This document shows, in pieces, positions 20,583 to 30,742 of a stretch of DNA of 64,000 nt. The translations under genes and the position numbers were made by a program. Under the pieces are notes generated by a model, which did no database searches, was not told the origin of the DNA, and was given only the letters and a program-made list of their open reading frames with translations. The first letter of the stretch is position 1, and each line of letters opens with the position of its first letter. The DNA is from an uncultured Actinomycetes bacterium (GTDB lineage: Bacteria; Actinomycetota; Thermoleophilia; Solirubrobacterales; Solirubrobacteraceae), in NCBI GenBank assembly GCA_963821355.1, contig CAWGDO010000003.1, positions 10,981 to 74,980 of the forward strand. Direction: 5' to 3'.

Positions 20583-22032
20583 CCGCTCGCGGTTCGGCCG
20601 CCTGCCGCGCCCGCGCCGCCTCGCGCGCCGCCACCGCGGCGGCGGCGTCGGCGACTTCGCGCAGCGCGGCCAGCTCGGTCTCGATGCCCGCGGCGACGAG
20701 CGCGGCGTCCGGTGCCGCGTCGCGGTCCGCGTGCACGCAGAAGAAGACCGTGCCGTCGTACGACAGGGCCGCCACGGCGACGGAGTGCTCGGCCGCGAGC
20801 GGGACGAGCGGGATGACCCGCCGCAGCGGAGAGCCGAACGCGTAGAGGGTTGTCGGCGAGCCGGGGACGTTGGTGACCGTGACGTTGAACAGTCGCGTCG
20901 CGAACAGCGCCTGGGCAACGACGCTGTGCAGCGCCGGCGGCGCCAGGCCGGCCAGGTCGACGAGCAGCTGGCCGCCCGCGGCCTGGTGGGCGGCCTTCAG
21001 GCGCATGGTCTCGGCGCGGACGCGCCGGTAGCGGGCGCGGGACTCGGCGACGGACACGGGCAGATGGACGAACAGCGAGGTGATGCGGTTGCCCAGCTCG
21101 AGGTGCTCGGCCGCGGCGCGGACGTTGACGGGGACCATCGCCCGCAGGCCGGCGGACGGCGGCGTCTCCCCGCGCGCGACGATCAGGTCGCGCAGGCCGG
21201 AGGTGACCAGCGAGAGGATGACGTCGTTGACCGTGCCGCCGAGAACGCGCTTGATGGTCTTGACCTCCTCCAGCGACACCTCGGCCACCGCGATGCGCCG
21301 ATGCTCGCTGAGCTCGACGTTGAGGCTCGCCCGCGGAGCGGCGATCAGCTCGTCGCGGATGAGCAGCTCGAGCAGGGCGCGCGCGGCGTCGAGCCCCTCT
21401 GCCGCGCGGCGGGGATGGCGAACGGCGCCGGCTGCCGCCTCTGCGGCCGCGACGGGCAGGCCGGCCAGGCGACGCATGGCGTTCGGCGTCGTCGGCTGAC
21501 GGATCACCGGCGGCGGCTTCTTCCAGGGGCCCGGCTTGGGCTCGGAATCGAGCAGGACGGTGCCGGCGTCGACCGATCCGACGCCGTCCACCAGGCAGTG
21601 ATGGGTCTTGGTGACGAGCGCCCAGCGGCCGCCCGCGAGGCCCTCGAGCAGTACCACGCGCCACAGCGGGCGCCCGCGGTCGAGCCGGTGCGACCAGAAG
21701 TCCGCGGCCCATTCGAGCAGCTGGCGCTCGCCACCGGGCCTCGGGAGGGCCGCGCGGGTGACGTGGGCGGCGATGTCGAAGCGCTCATCGGGCTCCCACT
21801 CGGGCCACCGGAGGCCGCCCGTGGCCCGGCGAGACAGCTTCTCGCGGTAGCGCGGCAGCGCCTCGATGCGCCGGTCGAGGTGGCGGCGCACCCGCGCGAG
21901 CGTGGGCGTTCCGCCCCCGGGCAGCGGATCGAAGACGAGCACCCCGCCGATGTGCATGTGCGCGGTGGTGTCGGCGTCCTCGAGCTCGAGGAAGGTGGCG
22001 TCGAGTGGGGATAGGGGCTCGTTCACGGACAT
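20560..22032 (-). CDS. tgs: Wax ester synthase / diacylglycerol O-acyltransferase (WS/DGAT, Tgs-like)
   Basis: HHCLVDG catalytic motif. N-terminus MSVNEPLSPLDATFLELEDADTTAHMHIGGV matches the WS/DGAT family start. Mtb DosR-regulon homologue Tgs1. Confidence 0.85.
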   Translation of the reverse strand: MSVNEPLSPLDATFLELEDADTTAHMHIGGVLVFDPLPGGGTPTLARVRRHLDRRIEALPRYREKLSRRATGGLRWPEWEPDERFDIAAHVTRAALPRPGGERQLLEWAADFWSHRLDRGRPLWRVVLLEGLAGGRWALVTKTHHCLVDGVGSVDAGTVLLDSEPKPGPWKKPPPVIRQPTTPNAMRRLAGLPVAAAEAAAGAVRHPRRAAEGLDAARALLELLIRDELIAAPRASLNVELSEHRRIAVAEVSLEEVKTIKRVLGGTVNDVILSLVTSGLRDLIVARGETPPSAGLRAMVPVNVRAAAEHLELGNRITSLFVHLPVSVAESRARYRRVRAETMRLKAAHQAAGGQLLVDLAGLAPPALHSVVAQALFATRLFNVTVTNVPGSPTTLYAFGSPLRRVIPLVPLAAEHSVAVAALSYDGTVFFCVHADRDAAPDAALVAAGIETELAALREVADAAAAVAAREAARARQAAEPRAVSEARRP

Positions 22033-22347
22033 GAGCTGACACTGCCACGGCGGCGCGCGCGCGACATCCGGCGCGCGCGGCACAGCGACTCCGTGGTTTG
22101 CCGCATTCTGCATGTGGTCGCCTCCGGTTTCGTCCGCCGAGCCGTGACTTGATGCTCGCCGCATGGTCGTCGCGCGTGGAAAGCACGGCACCGCCGCCCT
22201 CGAGCGGCACGCTCGCAAGCTCGACCTCGTCGTCGGCGAGCTGCGCAAGCGCGCGCCGCGCCATCCCGCACCGCAGCTGATCAACCGTGCGATCGAGGGC
22301 CTCGAGGCCGAGCTGGCCGCTGTGCGCCGCCAGCTCGGCCGGCGCTC

Positions 22348-23595
22348 GTGACCTCCGCCTCGCTGCTCGTCCTCGACGACGCCCACCACGTCGGGCTGAC
22401 CGCCGCCGAGGTGGTCGCCAATCGCATCCGCGCGCGCACACGCGCGCGCCTGCTTCTGCCCACAGGCCATACGCCGCGGGGCCTCTACGCCGCGCTGCGC
22501 GGCCATGCCGCCGACGGGTCGCTGCCCAGCGAGCACACGACGGTGCTCGGGCTCGACGAGTACCTCGGGCTGGGCGCCGATGACCCGCGCAGCTTCCGCG
22601 CCGACCTGGACCGCGAGCTGGACGGCATCGCGATCGGCCGCCGCGAGGCGCTCGACGGCTCCGCCGCCGACCCAGAGGCCGAGGCCGCCCGCTACCAGGC
22701 CGTGCTCGACACCGCACCGGTCGATCTCGCCGTCCTCGGCCTCGGACGCGACGCGCACGTCGCGTTCAACGAGCCGGGCGCCCGCCCGGGCGAGGGCGCG
22801 CACCGCGTGGCGCTGCACCCCACGACGATCGCCGCGGCCGCAGCCGAGTTCGGCGGGGCCGAGCACGTTCCCCGCGAAGCGCTGACGGTGGGCCTGCGGA
22901 CGCTGCTCGCGGCGCGCGAGGTCCTGCTCATCGTCACGGGCACCGAGAAGTCCGAGGCGCTGCGCGCGGCGCTCGAAGGGCCGATCGGGCCCGCCGCGCC
23001 AGCCTCGCTGCTGCGCCACCATCCATGCCTGACGGTTGTGTGTGACCGGGCGGCCGCCGGCCGGCTACGCGGCGCCGCGGGACGCGACAGCGATCACGTC
23101 GCAATCGTGCTCGGCCATCGCGAGCCGGGGATCAGCGCGGAGCACCGTATCTCCGCGCACTCGCGTGCCCGGCTCGCGCGGGCGGTGCGGCTGTGCCGGC
23201 GAAGCCCGGTCCGTGCCGTGGTGCTGACCGGCTACACGCTCACGGGCGGCCTCTCGGAGGCCGAGCAGATGCAGCGCGAATGGCCTCTGGCCGACGTCCC
23301 GGTCCTCCTCGAGGTCGCCGGGCGCAACACCGCCGAGAACGCATCGCGGTCGCTGCCGATCGTCCTGGCGCTCGGCGTGGCCGCGCGGGTGAGCGTCGTG
23401 ACCTCGATCTGGCACCTGCGCGCGCCGTATTTCTTCGCGCCGTATCGCGCCTTCGCGCTCGAGGTGCAGCTGTGTCCCGCGCGCCCCCTCCGCGGCTTCG
23501 GCCACCTCCTCGCCGAGGAGGTCGGCCGCCTTGCCGGGATGGCCGGTCAGCGCCGCTCGGCGATGGGCGCCGTGCGGCTGCCGGACGGTTCCTGA
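22348..23595 (+). CDS. Two-domain protein: glucosamine-6-P deaminase/6-phosphogluconolactonase-like N-terminus fused to DUF218 (YdcF/ElyC-like)
   Basis: NagB/Pgl-like GLGRDAHVAFNEPG, then a DUF218 signature (VVLTGYTLTGG...AGRNTAENA). GTG start. Confidence 0.55.
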   Translation: MTSASLLVLDDAHHVGLTAAEVVANRIRARTRARLLLPTGHTPRGLYAALRGHAADGSLPSEHTTVLGLDEYLGLGADDPRSFRADLDRELDGIAIGRREALDGSAADPEAEAARYQAVLDTAPVDLAVLGLGRDAHVAFNEPGARPGEGAHRVALHPTTIAAAAAEFGGAEHVPREALTVGLRTLLAAREVLLIVTGTEKSEALRAALEGPIGPAAPASLLRHHPCLTVVCDRAAAGRLRGAAGRDSDHVAIVLGHREPGISAEHRISAHSRARLARAVRLCRRSPVRAVVLTGYTLTGGLSEAEQMQREWPLADVPVLLEVAGRNTAENASRSLPIVLALGVAARVSVVTSIWHLRAPYFFAPYRAFALEVQLCPARPLRGFGHLLAEEVGRLAGMAGQRRSAMGAVRLPDGS

Positions 23596-24092
23596 CCCTC
23601 GGCGAGGAGCTGCTCGGCGACGCCGCGCGCCCACGCCTCGATGGCGGGCCAGTCGCGCGCGTCGCGCCGTTCGGTGGGCGTGTTCCTGAGCATTGCGCGC
23701 TCGACGAAGTTGCCGGGATCGGCCGGCACGCGGCCGCCGAACATCACGTTCTCGCGTGCGCCGATCTGCGCGGCCAGGCGCTCGGCGAAGGGCGGCATGG
23801 GCGCGGTCGGGTGCTCCTCGGGCGCGCCGAAGGGGCCGCTGCTGAACAGCCAGACCGGCAGCTCCCGCAGGGCGCGCCCGTGGCGACGCGCAAACCTCCG
23901 TGCCTCGGGCCGCCAGCGCTTCGCGTAGACCGCGCTGCCGAGCACGACGGCGTCGCAGCCGGACAGGTCGTCGACCTCGGAGGCCGGCCGCACCTCGACG
24001 GTGCAGCCGGCCCGCCGCATCGCGGCGCCGATGCGCTCGGCGATCTCCTCGGTGGAGGAGTGCTTGGTCGCATAGGCGATCAGGACGGACAT
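23547..24092 (-). CDS. Flavodoxin-like fold protein
   Basis: MSVLIAYATKHSSTEEIAERI...AVVLGSAVY flavodoxin-like start. Directly downstream of gap on the same strand. Confidence 0.6.
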   Translation of the reverse strand: MSVLIAYATKHSSTEEIAERIGAAMRRAGCTVEVRPASEVDDLSGCDAVVLGSAVYAKRWRPEARRFARRHGRALRELPVWLFSSGPFGAPEEHPTAPMPPFAERLAAQIGARENVMFGGRVPADPGNFVERAMLRNTPTERRDARDWPAIEAWARGVAEQLLAEGQEPSGSRTAPIAERR

Positions 24093-24099
24093 GGCAACC

Positions 24100-25164
24100 T
24101 CAGCTGACGACCGTCGCGCCCTGCGCGCTGAGCGGCGGCTCGTGCGCGGGCACGAGGACCCGCTCGGCGAGCTCGACCAGGCGCGTGGCGTAGCCCCACT
24201 CGTTGTCGTACCAGGCGATGACCTTGACTTGCGTCTTGTTCATGACGTTGGTCAGCGGCGCGTCGTAGATCGACGAGTACGGCGACTTGACGATGTCCGA
24301 GGAGACGATCGGGTCTTCGCTGTAGGCGAGGATGCCGGTCATCGGGCCGTGGTCGGCGCGAGCGCGGAAGGCGGCGTTGATCTCCTCGAGGCTCGTCGCG
24401 CGCTCGGCCTCGACGGTGAGGTCGACGAGCGAGCCGGTGGGCGTGGGGACGCGCACGGCGATGCCGTTGAGGCGGCCGGCGAGTTCGGGGATGACCAGCC
24501 CCAACGCCTTCGCGGCGCCGGTGCTCGTCGGCACCATGTTGATCGCAGCGGAGCGGGCGCGGCGCGCGTCCTTGTGCGGGCCGTCGAGCAGGTTCTGGTC
24601 GGCGGTGTAGGCATGGATCGTGGTCATCTGGCCATGGCGGATGCCGACCGTTTCGTGCAGCACCTTCGCGACCGGCGCCAGGCAGTTGGTCGTGCACGAG
24701 GCGTTGGTGATGATGTGGTGCTCGTCGGCGTTGTAGATCTCGTGGAAGTTCACGCCGAGCACGACGTTGGCGTCGACGGGCTCGGAGCCCTTGCTCGGGG
24801 CCGAGAGGATGACCTTGCGGGCGCCGGCCTGCAGATGACGCTCGGCGTCGGCGCGCGTGCGGAACTTCCCGGTGGACTCGATCACGACTTCAACGCCGAG
24901 GTCCGCCCACGGCAGGTCGCCGGGATCGCGCTCGTTGAGCAGCTGGATCTCGCTGCCGTCGAAGGCGAGCTTGTCCCCGTCCCGCGTCACGGCCGCGGGG
25001 AAGCGCCCGAACACGGAGTCGTACACGAGCAGGTTGGTGAGGGTCGCGGGATCGGCGACGTCGTTGACGGCGACGATCTCGATGTCGGCGCCGCGCTCAT
25101 ACGCGGCGCGCACGACGCTGCGACCGATGCGGCCGAAGCCGTTGATCGCGACGCGGGTGGGCAT
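24100..25164 (-). CDS. gap: Type I glyceraldehyde-3-phosphate dehydrogenase
   Basis: INGFGRIGR, ASCTTNCLAP active site, WYDNEWGY. AGGAGA Shine-Dalgarno sequence upstream. Confidence 0.9.
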   Translation of the reverse strand: MPTRVAINGFGRIGRSVVRAAYERGADIEIVAVNDVADPATLTNLLVYDSVFGRFPAAVTRDGDKLAFDGSEIQLLNERDPGDLPWADLGVEVVIESTGKFRTRADAERHLQAGARKVILSAPSKGSEPVDANVVLGVNFHEIYNADEHHIITNASCTTNCLAPVAKVLHETVGIRHGQMTTIHAYTADQNLLDGPHKDARRARSAAINMVPTSTGAAKALGLVIPELAGRLNGIAVRVPTPTGSLVDLTVEAERATSLEEINAAFRARADHGPMTGILAYSEDPIVSSDIVKSPYSSIYDAPLTNVMNKTQVKVIAWYDNEWGYATRLVELAERVLVPAHEPPLSAQGATVVS

Positions 25165-26713
25165 GGTGGCTCTCCTGGTCGTTCGATGGAGTGATCCGAC
25201 CGTATGGCGGTGGCGCGCAGGGGGCATCCGCGCGCACTGCGCATTCGCAGTCCGTAGCTCTCCGCTGCCGCGCCGTCGGGGCCGCACCGCGCAGCACCGC
25301 ATCGAGAATCCGGATCCAGCCCGCGAACTGGCGGTCGGCGAGGAAGTGCTCGCGCACGTGCTCGCGCCCGCGGATGCCCAGGTCATGGCCCATCTCGGGG
25401 TCGGCCAGTACGCGGTTGACGGCCGCGCCGAACGCGGCGAGGTCGCCGGGATCGTCGACGAGCAGCCCCGTGCGCCCATGCTCGATCTGATCCAGGTGAC
25501 CTCCGACCGCCGTCGCCACGACGGGGCGCGCCTTCCACAGCGCCTCGGTGACCCCGAGGCCGAAGCCCTCCTGAAGGCTCTTCTTCACGACGACCTCGGC
25601 CTCGGTCTGCAGCGCGTTGACAATGAGCGCGTTCTCCTCGACATCGGCCATCGGCAGCGTGGCGAGCTGAACGCGGCCGCGCTGAGCGTCCGGGAGGGCC
25701 CGCCAGGCGGCCCGGACCGCGGCGAACACGCGGCGCGCGTCGGGATCGTCGCTGACGGCCGTCACCGCCGGCCCCGCGACGACGAGGTGGGCGCGAGGAT
25801 CGTCGACATGGCGGCCGAAGGCCTGCACGATCCCGATCGGGTCCTTGAGCGCGTCCCAGCGCCCGAGCGCGACGACCAGCCGAGCCGCGCCCAGGGTCGG
25901 CGGCTCGCCGTCGCGGACGACGTAGGCGAGCCGCCGGGTCGGCGCCGGATCGGTCGTGACGAGCGAACCGGCCAGGCCGCTGCGCACGAGGATCGCGCGC
26001 GCGGTCGCGGCGGAGAGCACCCGGTTCTTGGGCGAGCACGGATCGATGGCCGGCGCCAGCAGATGCGTGCGGCCGGGATCGAGACCGGGCGCCACGAAGC
26101 CGTGGCGGGTGAACACGAAGCCGGCCGCGTCCTTCAGGTCCGGCAGCAGGAAGCTCCATGCCGCCTGCCCGGGCGCCCCGACGTGATCGGCGCCGACGTG
26201 GCAGCGCCAGACGACGACGATGCCCGCGCGCGCGAGCGCCGGCGTGAGGCCGGCGGTCTGCGGGTCCTGCAGGATGACGACGTCGCCCGGCGCGACGGTC
26301 TGAAGGAGCTCGGCGCCGAGGGCGCGCGATACGCGCTCGTAGAGCGCCCGGTCGCCAGCCCCCGGAGGACGCACGTCCTCCATGCCGTGCAGCAGCTCAT
26401 GCAGGCGCCTGGTGACGCGAAAGAACGCGTCGGGCGCTTCGATCACGACCCAGCGTGCATCGAGGCCCGCGCCACGCCAGTACGGCAGCAGCGAGCGCAT
26501 CATCTCGGCGACGCCACCTCCGCTCGCGGTCGAGCTCACCGACCACACGCGGCGCCCGCCGAGGAGCTCGCGGGCGTTGTCGCGGGCCTCGTCGAGCCGA
26601 CGCCAGGCCGCGGCGCTCAGCGCGGGGGCGAGCAGGGCGAACGGCCGGGTCTCGAGACCCATCTCCCGGATCGCCGGCGGCCGCGACGCGCGGCGCGTGC
26701 CGGTGGCGCTCAT
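25097..26713 (-). CDS. GT4-family glycosyltransferase, trehalose-synthase (TreT)-like
   Basis: SSTASGGGVAEMM N-terminal GT-B motif and a C-terminal EGFGLGVTEA GT4 motif. The last ~20 codons overlap the gap start, so the 3' end is uncertain (possible frameshift). Confidence 0.6.
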   Translation of the reverse strand: MSATGTRRASRPPAIREMGLETRPFALLAPALSAAAWRRLDEARDNARELLGGRRVWSVSSTASGGGVAEMMRSLLPYWRGAGLDARWVVIEAPDAFFRVTRRLHELLHGMEDVRPPGAGDRALYERVSRALGAELLQTVAPGDVVILQDPQTAGLTPALARAGIVVVWRCHVGADHVGAPGQAAWSFLLPDLKDAAGFVFTRHGFVAPGLDPGRTHLLAPAIDPCSPKNRVLSAATARAILVRSGLAGSLVTTDPAPTRRLAYVVRDGEPPTLGAARLVVALGRWDALKDPIGIVQAFGRHVDDPRAHLVVAGPAVTAVSDDPDARRVFAAVRAAWRALPDAQRGRVQLATLPMADVEENALIVNALQTEAEVVVKKSLQEGFGLGVTEALWKARPVVATAVGGHLDQIEHGRTGLLVDDPGDLAAFGAAVNRVLADPEMGHDLGIRGREHVREHFLADRQFAGWIRILDAVLRGAAPTARQRRATDCECAVRADAPCAPPPYGRITPSNDQESHHAHPRRDQRLRPHRSQRRARRV

Positions 26714-27225
26714 CGCCGCGGGCGGTCCTCGGAGACGTCGGCGACGACGGCGCCCGCGGCGCGCACGAGATCCATGGCGTCGAGCAGCACGCTGTGGCGG
26801 TGATCGCCGCCGCTGCAGAGGACACGGTTGTAGGTCAGGAGCCGGCGGTCCACGACGTGCTCGTCGACCGGCACGGGGCCCAACGGCGGCACGGCGCCGA
26901 TCTCGAACCGCGCGAAGCGCGCCGCGATCTCGGCCTCGTCGGCGAGATGCAGCGAGCGCCGGCGCGCCAGGGCGGCGCGCACCTTGTGCAGGTCCAGGCG
27001 CTCGCAGGCCGGCAGCGCGACCACCACGACGTCGGCGCCGTCGCGAAGGACCACAGTCTTGGCCGTCTGCTCGGCGGGGATCCGCGCCGCGCGCGCCTCG
27101 AAGCGTGCCTCGAACGTCGGCTCGTGCTCGATGACCTGATAGTCGATCGCCTGGTCGCGAAGCCACTGCTCGAGCGCGTCGATGCCCGACGTGGACTCGG
27201 AGTTCAGAGCTGTTTCGGACGCCAT
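26710..27225 (-). CDS. YbaK/ProX-type aminoacyl-tRNA deacylase-like protein
   Basis: YbaK-fold features (...KTVVL..., GAVPPLG). Stop overlaps the GT4 start (ATGA). Confidence 0.55.
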   Translation of the reverse strand: MASETALNSESTSGIDALEQWLRDQAIDYQVIEHEPTFEARFEARAARIPAEQTAKTVVLRDGADVVVVALPACERLDLHKVRAALARRRSLHLADEAEIAARFARFEIGAVPPLGPVPVDEHVVDRRLLTYNRVLCSGGDHRHSVLLDAMDLVRAAGAVVADVSEDRPRR

Positions 27226-27321
27226 CGTGACTCCTCTCGAGGACAACCCCGAGGTTAGGCCCGACGCCTGGCCGGAACATGCGTGGTTCGCCGCGACATG
27301 AACGTGAGAATCCGCAGCGCC

Positions 27322-28290
27322 TCAGGCAGGCGCCGCGGTGGGCGCCCGGACCGGCGCGCGGGCGCCGCGTAGGCCGACCAGCGCGACGACGGCCGCCAGC
27401 ACGGCGACGGCGGCCGCCGTCCACATCGCCGCGTGGAACCCGGCCATGAACGCCGTCGCCGCGGCATCCCTCGCGACGGGCCCGGCCGCGCGACCGATGG
27501 GCCGAAGCTGGCCGCCGTCGGCAAGATCGCCGAGGCGGGCGGCCTGCGCGCGCAGCGCTCCGGGGACGCCCTGCACGAACTCGTCCGAGCGCGCCGCGAT
27601 GCGCACGCTGGCCACGGCGCTGAGCACCGCGATCCCCAGCGCCCCGCCGACCTGCCGCGCGGTGTTGAGCACGCCGGACGCGACGCCGGCCCTGTCCGCG
27701 TCGATGGCGTTCATGGCGGTCGCGCTCACCGTCGGCATGGCGAGCGCGGCGCGGCGCCGGCGCCGCACAGCACGAACAGGGGCCAGATCGATGAGTACGC
27801 GCTGTCGGCGTCCAGACGGGCCATGCCGGCCAGCCCGGCGGCGAGCAGCAGCATCCCGGCCGTCGCCGGTGCCCGCGCGCCGATGGCGCCAGACAGGCGG
27901 CCGGCAAGCGGCGCGACGAGGAGGATCATCCTCGTCCAGGGCAGCGTCCGGACACCCGCCTGCAGCGCCGAATAGCCCTGGACGTTCTGCAGGTAGAGCG
28001 CGGCGTAGAAGATCGCGCCGAACATCGCGAAGCCACGAGTCCCATGACGGCGTCGGACGCGCTGAACAGTCGGCGCGCGAAGAAGCCCAGCGGCAGCATC
28101 GGGTCGGGTGCGCGCCGCTCCCACACGATGAAGGCGGCGGCAGCAGCACCAGCCCGGCGGCCAGGAAACCGAGCACGTAGAACGAGCCGAAACCGTGGCT
28201 CTCGCTCTTGATCAGCCCCCACACCACGCAGAAGAGCGCGAGGGTGACCAGCCCGCTGCCGCGTAGGGGGCGCGGGCGCAGGCGCGCCTC
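27322..28290 (-). pseudogene. MFS (DHA2/EmrB-QacA-type) transporter remnant: N-terminal ~7 TM segments missing, remaining half split over three frames
   Basis: TM6-like ...LVTLALFCVVWGLI..., then central-loop ...FIVWERRAPDPMLPLGFFARRLF..., ...FAMFGAIFYAALYLQNVQGYSALQAG..., ...MPTVSATAMNAIDADRAGVASGVLNTARQVGGALG... lie in three different frames. The upstream half is replaced by the DUF47 and pit genes. Confidence 0.55.
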
Positions 28291-28312
28291 GTAGTTCTCC
28301 GAAGCGCTCGGG

Positions 28313-28939
28313 TCAGCTCTCCTTGACGACCACGTAGATGACGCGCTCGGCGACGTCGACGGCGCCCTCGCCGATCCGCGAGCAGCGACGGTAGAGCTCG
28401 CGCCGCGCGGTGACCTCGCGGAGGTCGTCGATCTCCAGCAGGGCGGCCATCCCCGCCCGGTAGGCGCGCTCGAGACGGCGTTCGGCCTTGATCGCGGCAT
28501 CGGCCGGCTCGGTGGCATCGCCATCCTTGCCGTCGAGCCGGCCGACGGCCTCGCCAATGTGCCGGACCGCCTCGGCGAGCAACGCGGTCATCCGAGCCAG
28601 CGCGTCGTCGGGCGGGCACGCCATGTCCTCGGACTCGTTGATCGTGTCCTTGGCGTGGTTGAGCATCCAGTCGATCCCTCGGGACAGCGCGAAGACGTCC
28701 TCGGGCTCCAGCGCGGTGACGAAGGCCGCGCGCAGGGCCTCGCGAACCTCGGACTTGGCGTCGTCGGCGCGATGCTCGCACGCGCGCACCGTGTCGGCGG
28801 CACCCGCGTCACCCGCAGCCCACGCCGCGAAGGCGTCCATGCCCTCGACCGTCGCGCGGAGCTGTCCACGCAGCAGGCCGAGGACGTCGGGCGTCTCGGG
28901 CAGAAACCATCGTTCGCGGGTCACGCCAGCCACCTCCAT
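28313..28939 (-). CDS. DUF47 (PhoU-like) phosphate-transport accessory protein
   Basis: Typical Pit-associated DUF47 helical protein. Overlaps the pit stop. Confidence 0.7.
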   Translation of the reverse strand: MEVAGVTRERWFLPETPDVLGLLRGQLRATVEGMDAFAAWAAGDAGAADTVRACEHRADDAKSEVREALRAAFVTALEPEDVFALSRGIDWMLNHAKDTINESEDMACPPDDALARMTALLAEAVRHIGEAVGRLDGKDGDATEPADAAIKAERRLERAYRAGMAALLEIDDLREVTARRELYRRCSRIGEGAVDVAERVIYVVVKES

Positions 28940-29931
28940 ACGACGAGCGCGACCGCCGCCAGCGCGGCGGTCGCCGGCATCGTAATCAGCCACGCGAGGC
29001 CCATGTGACGGACGATCGCCCAGTGCACGTGGTGCCAGCGCCGGCGGCCGCCACCGACGCCGACCACCGACGACGCCACCACCTGGGTGGTGGAGACCGG
29101 GCCGCCGACCAGCGAGGCGCCAAGGATCACCCCGGCGCCCGCGGCGCTGCTGGCGAGCCCGTCGACGGGGCGGATCCGGTAGATGCGCCGGCCGACCGTC
29201 TTGACGATCCGCCACCCGCCGAGCGCCGTGCCGAACGTGAGCGCCGCAGCACAGGCGACCTCGACCCAGGTGGGCGGTGCCAGCCGGTCGATCCGCCCGT
29301 CGGCGAGCAGCAGCGCGGCGACGATGCCGGCCGCCTTCTGGGCGTCGTTGGCCCCGTGGCTGAAGGCCAGCGCGGCGCCCGTCGCCCATTGGCCGGCGCG
29401 CACTGGCGCCCGCCAGCGCCGCGTCGCGCGCCGGCCGGCGGCGCGCAGCGCGCGGATCCCCAGGAGCGCGGCGAGCCCGCCCAGGACGGGTGAGACGGCG
29501 AGCGCGATCAGCGTGCCGAAGACGCCGACCGGGTGAATGCCGTCCATCCCGCCCCAGCGGATGGCATCGACGCCCCCCTCGAGCAGCCCAGCGCCCACAA
29601 GGCCGCCGACCAGCGCGTGGCCGGAGCTCGAGGGCAGCCCCAACCACCACGTCAGCAGGTTCCAGCACACGGCGGCCATCAGGCCGGCGCCGATCACTTC
29701 GATCGCCTCTGCCGACGCCAGCGTCACAATGCCACCGATCGTGTCGGCCACCGCGGCGCCGACGACGAGCGGCCCAAGCACGTTGAACACGGAGGCCAGC
29801 ACGATCGCCTGCAACGGGCCCGCCGCGCGCGTCGCGACGAGCGTCGCGATCGCGTTCGAGGCGTCGTGGAAGCCGTTGGTGAAGGCAAAGGCGAGGGCCA
29901 GCACGATGGCGAGGCCGAAGCCCGCGGTCAT
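28921..29931 (-). CDS. pitA: Inorganic phosphate transporter, PiT family
   Basis: Duplicated GFHDASNAIAT and FSHGANDAQK PiT signature motifs. Confidence 0.8.
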   Translation of the reverse strand: MTAGFGLAIVLALAFAFTNGFHDASNAIATLVATRAAGPLQAIVLASVFNVLGPLVVGAAVADTIGGIVTLASAEAIEVIGAGLMAAVCWNLLTWWLGLPSSSGHALVGGLVGAGLLEGGVDAIRWGGMDGIHPVGVFGTLIALAVSPVLGGLAALLGIRALRAAGRRATRRWRAPVRAGQWATGAALAFSHGANDAQKAAGIVAALLLADGRIDRLAPPTWVEVACAAALTFGTALGGWRIVKTVGRRIYRIRPVDGLASSAAGAGVILGASLVGGPVSTTQVVASSVVGVGGGRRRWHHVHWAIVRHMGLAWLITMPATAALAAVALVVWRWLA

Positions 29932-29980
29932 CGCACGACCCTAGACGCGAGCACGGCGCCCGGCGGGCACGCGCCCGGGC

Positions 29981-30121
29981 TCAGACGAAGAACGCCACCG
30001 CAATCGCCACCACCATGACGGCGCCGCTGAACAGCATGATCAGGTAGGCGGCATCCAGCATCAGATCGGCGATGCGATCAGTCCGCTCTGCAGTCCTTCG
30101 ATCGTCAATAGCCGTGTGCAT
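29981..30121 (-). CDS. Small single-TM membrane protein (46 aa)
   Basis: GAGGAGG Shine-Dalgarno sequence 6 nt upstream of ATG. MHTAIDDRRTAERTDRIADLMLDAAYLIMLFSGAVMVVAIAVAFFV. Sits immediately upstream of pit on the same strand. Confidence 0.4.
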   Translation of the reverse strand: MHTAIDDRRTAERTDRIADLMLDAAYLIMLFSGAVMVVAIAVAFFV

Positions 30122-30224
30122 GGTGGCCTCCTCGCGGATGGGGGGACGCCACCACTCTGGGCGCACGGCGCCGGGCCGCCAACCGCGCAGACCACGCAAT
30201 CGCATCCGTGGAAACGTGCGAGAT

Positions 30225-30533
30225 CTACGTCTCGCGGGTGAGGAAGTGCAGCCCTTCGAGCCCCTCGAGCGAGAATCCCTCGGCGGCGCCGTTGCGAACG
30301 TCGAGGATGAGACGCGGCTTGCCCCAGCGCCGATACTGCTCGCCGTCGATGTAGAACGGCACGCCGCCGACGCGGCCCAGCAGCAGGTCATACGGTCCCG
30401 GCGGCAGGTCGCCGGCGGCCAGGCAGATCGGGGAGCTGCCCTCGCAGCAGCCCCCCGACTGGAAGATCGTCAACTCGCCGTGACGCGACCGGAGGCGCTC
30501 GATGAGCTCGAGCGCCTCCGGGGTCGCTGTCAC
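30225..30533 (-). CDS. DUF779 protein (aldehyde-dehydrogenase-associated)
   Basis: (V)TATPEALELIERLRSRHGELTIFQSGGCCEGSSP, the characteristic DUF779 CC..GS motif. GTG start chosen. Confidence 0.65.
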   Translation of the reverse strand: MTATPEALELIERLRSRHGELTIFQSGGCCEGSSPICLAAGDLPPGPYDLLLGRVGGVPFYIDGEQYRRWGKPRLILDVRNGAAEGFSLEGLEGLHFLTRET

Positions 30534-30552
30534 CAACGACGCGACCGGGTCT

Positions 30553-30741
30553 CTAGAAGAAGCCGAGCGGGTTGGGGTCATAGCTGACGAGCAGGCACTT
30601 GGTCTGCGTGTAGTGGTCGAGCATCATCTTGTGCGTCTCGCGGCCGACGCCCGAGGTCTTGTAACCGCCGAACGCGGCGTGTGCGGGGTACAGGTGGTAG
30701 CAGTTGGTCCATACCCTGCCCGCCTGGATCCCGCGGCCCAT
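30553..30741 (-). pseudogene. C-terminal ~60-aa remnant of an aldehyde dehydrogenase
   Basis: [12 protein letters not shown]...[12 protein letters not shown] is the extreme C-terminus of the ALDH family. No ALDH-like sequence exists upstream, and homology ends at an inverted repeat. Confidence 0.6.
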
Positions 30742-30742
30742 C

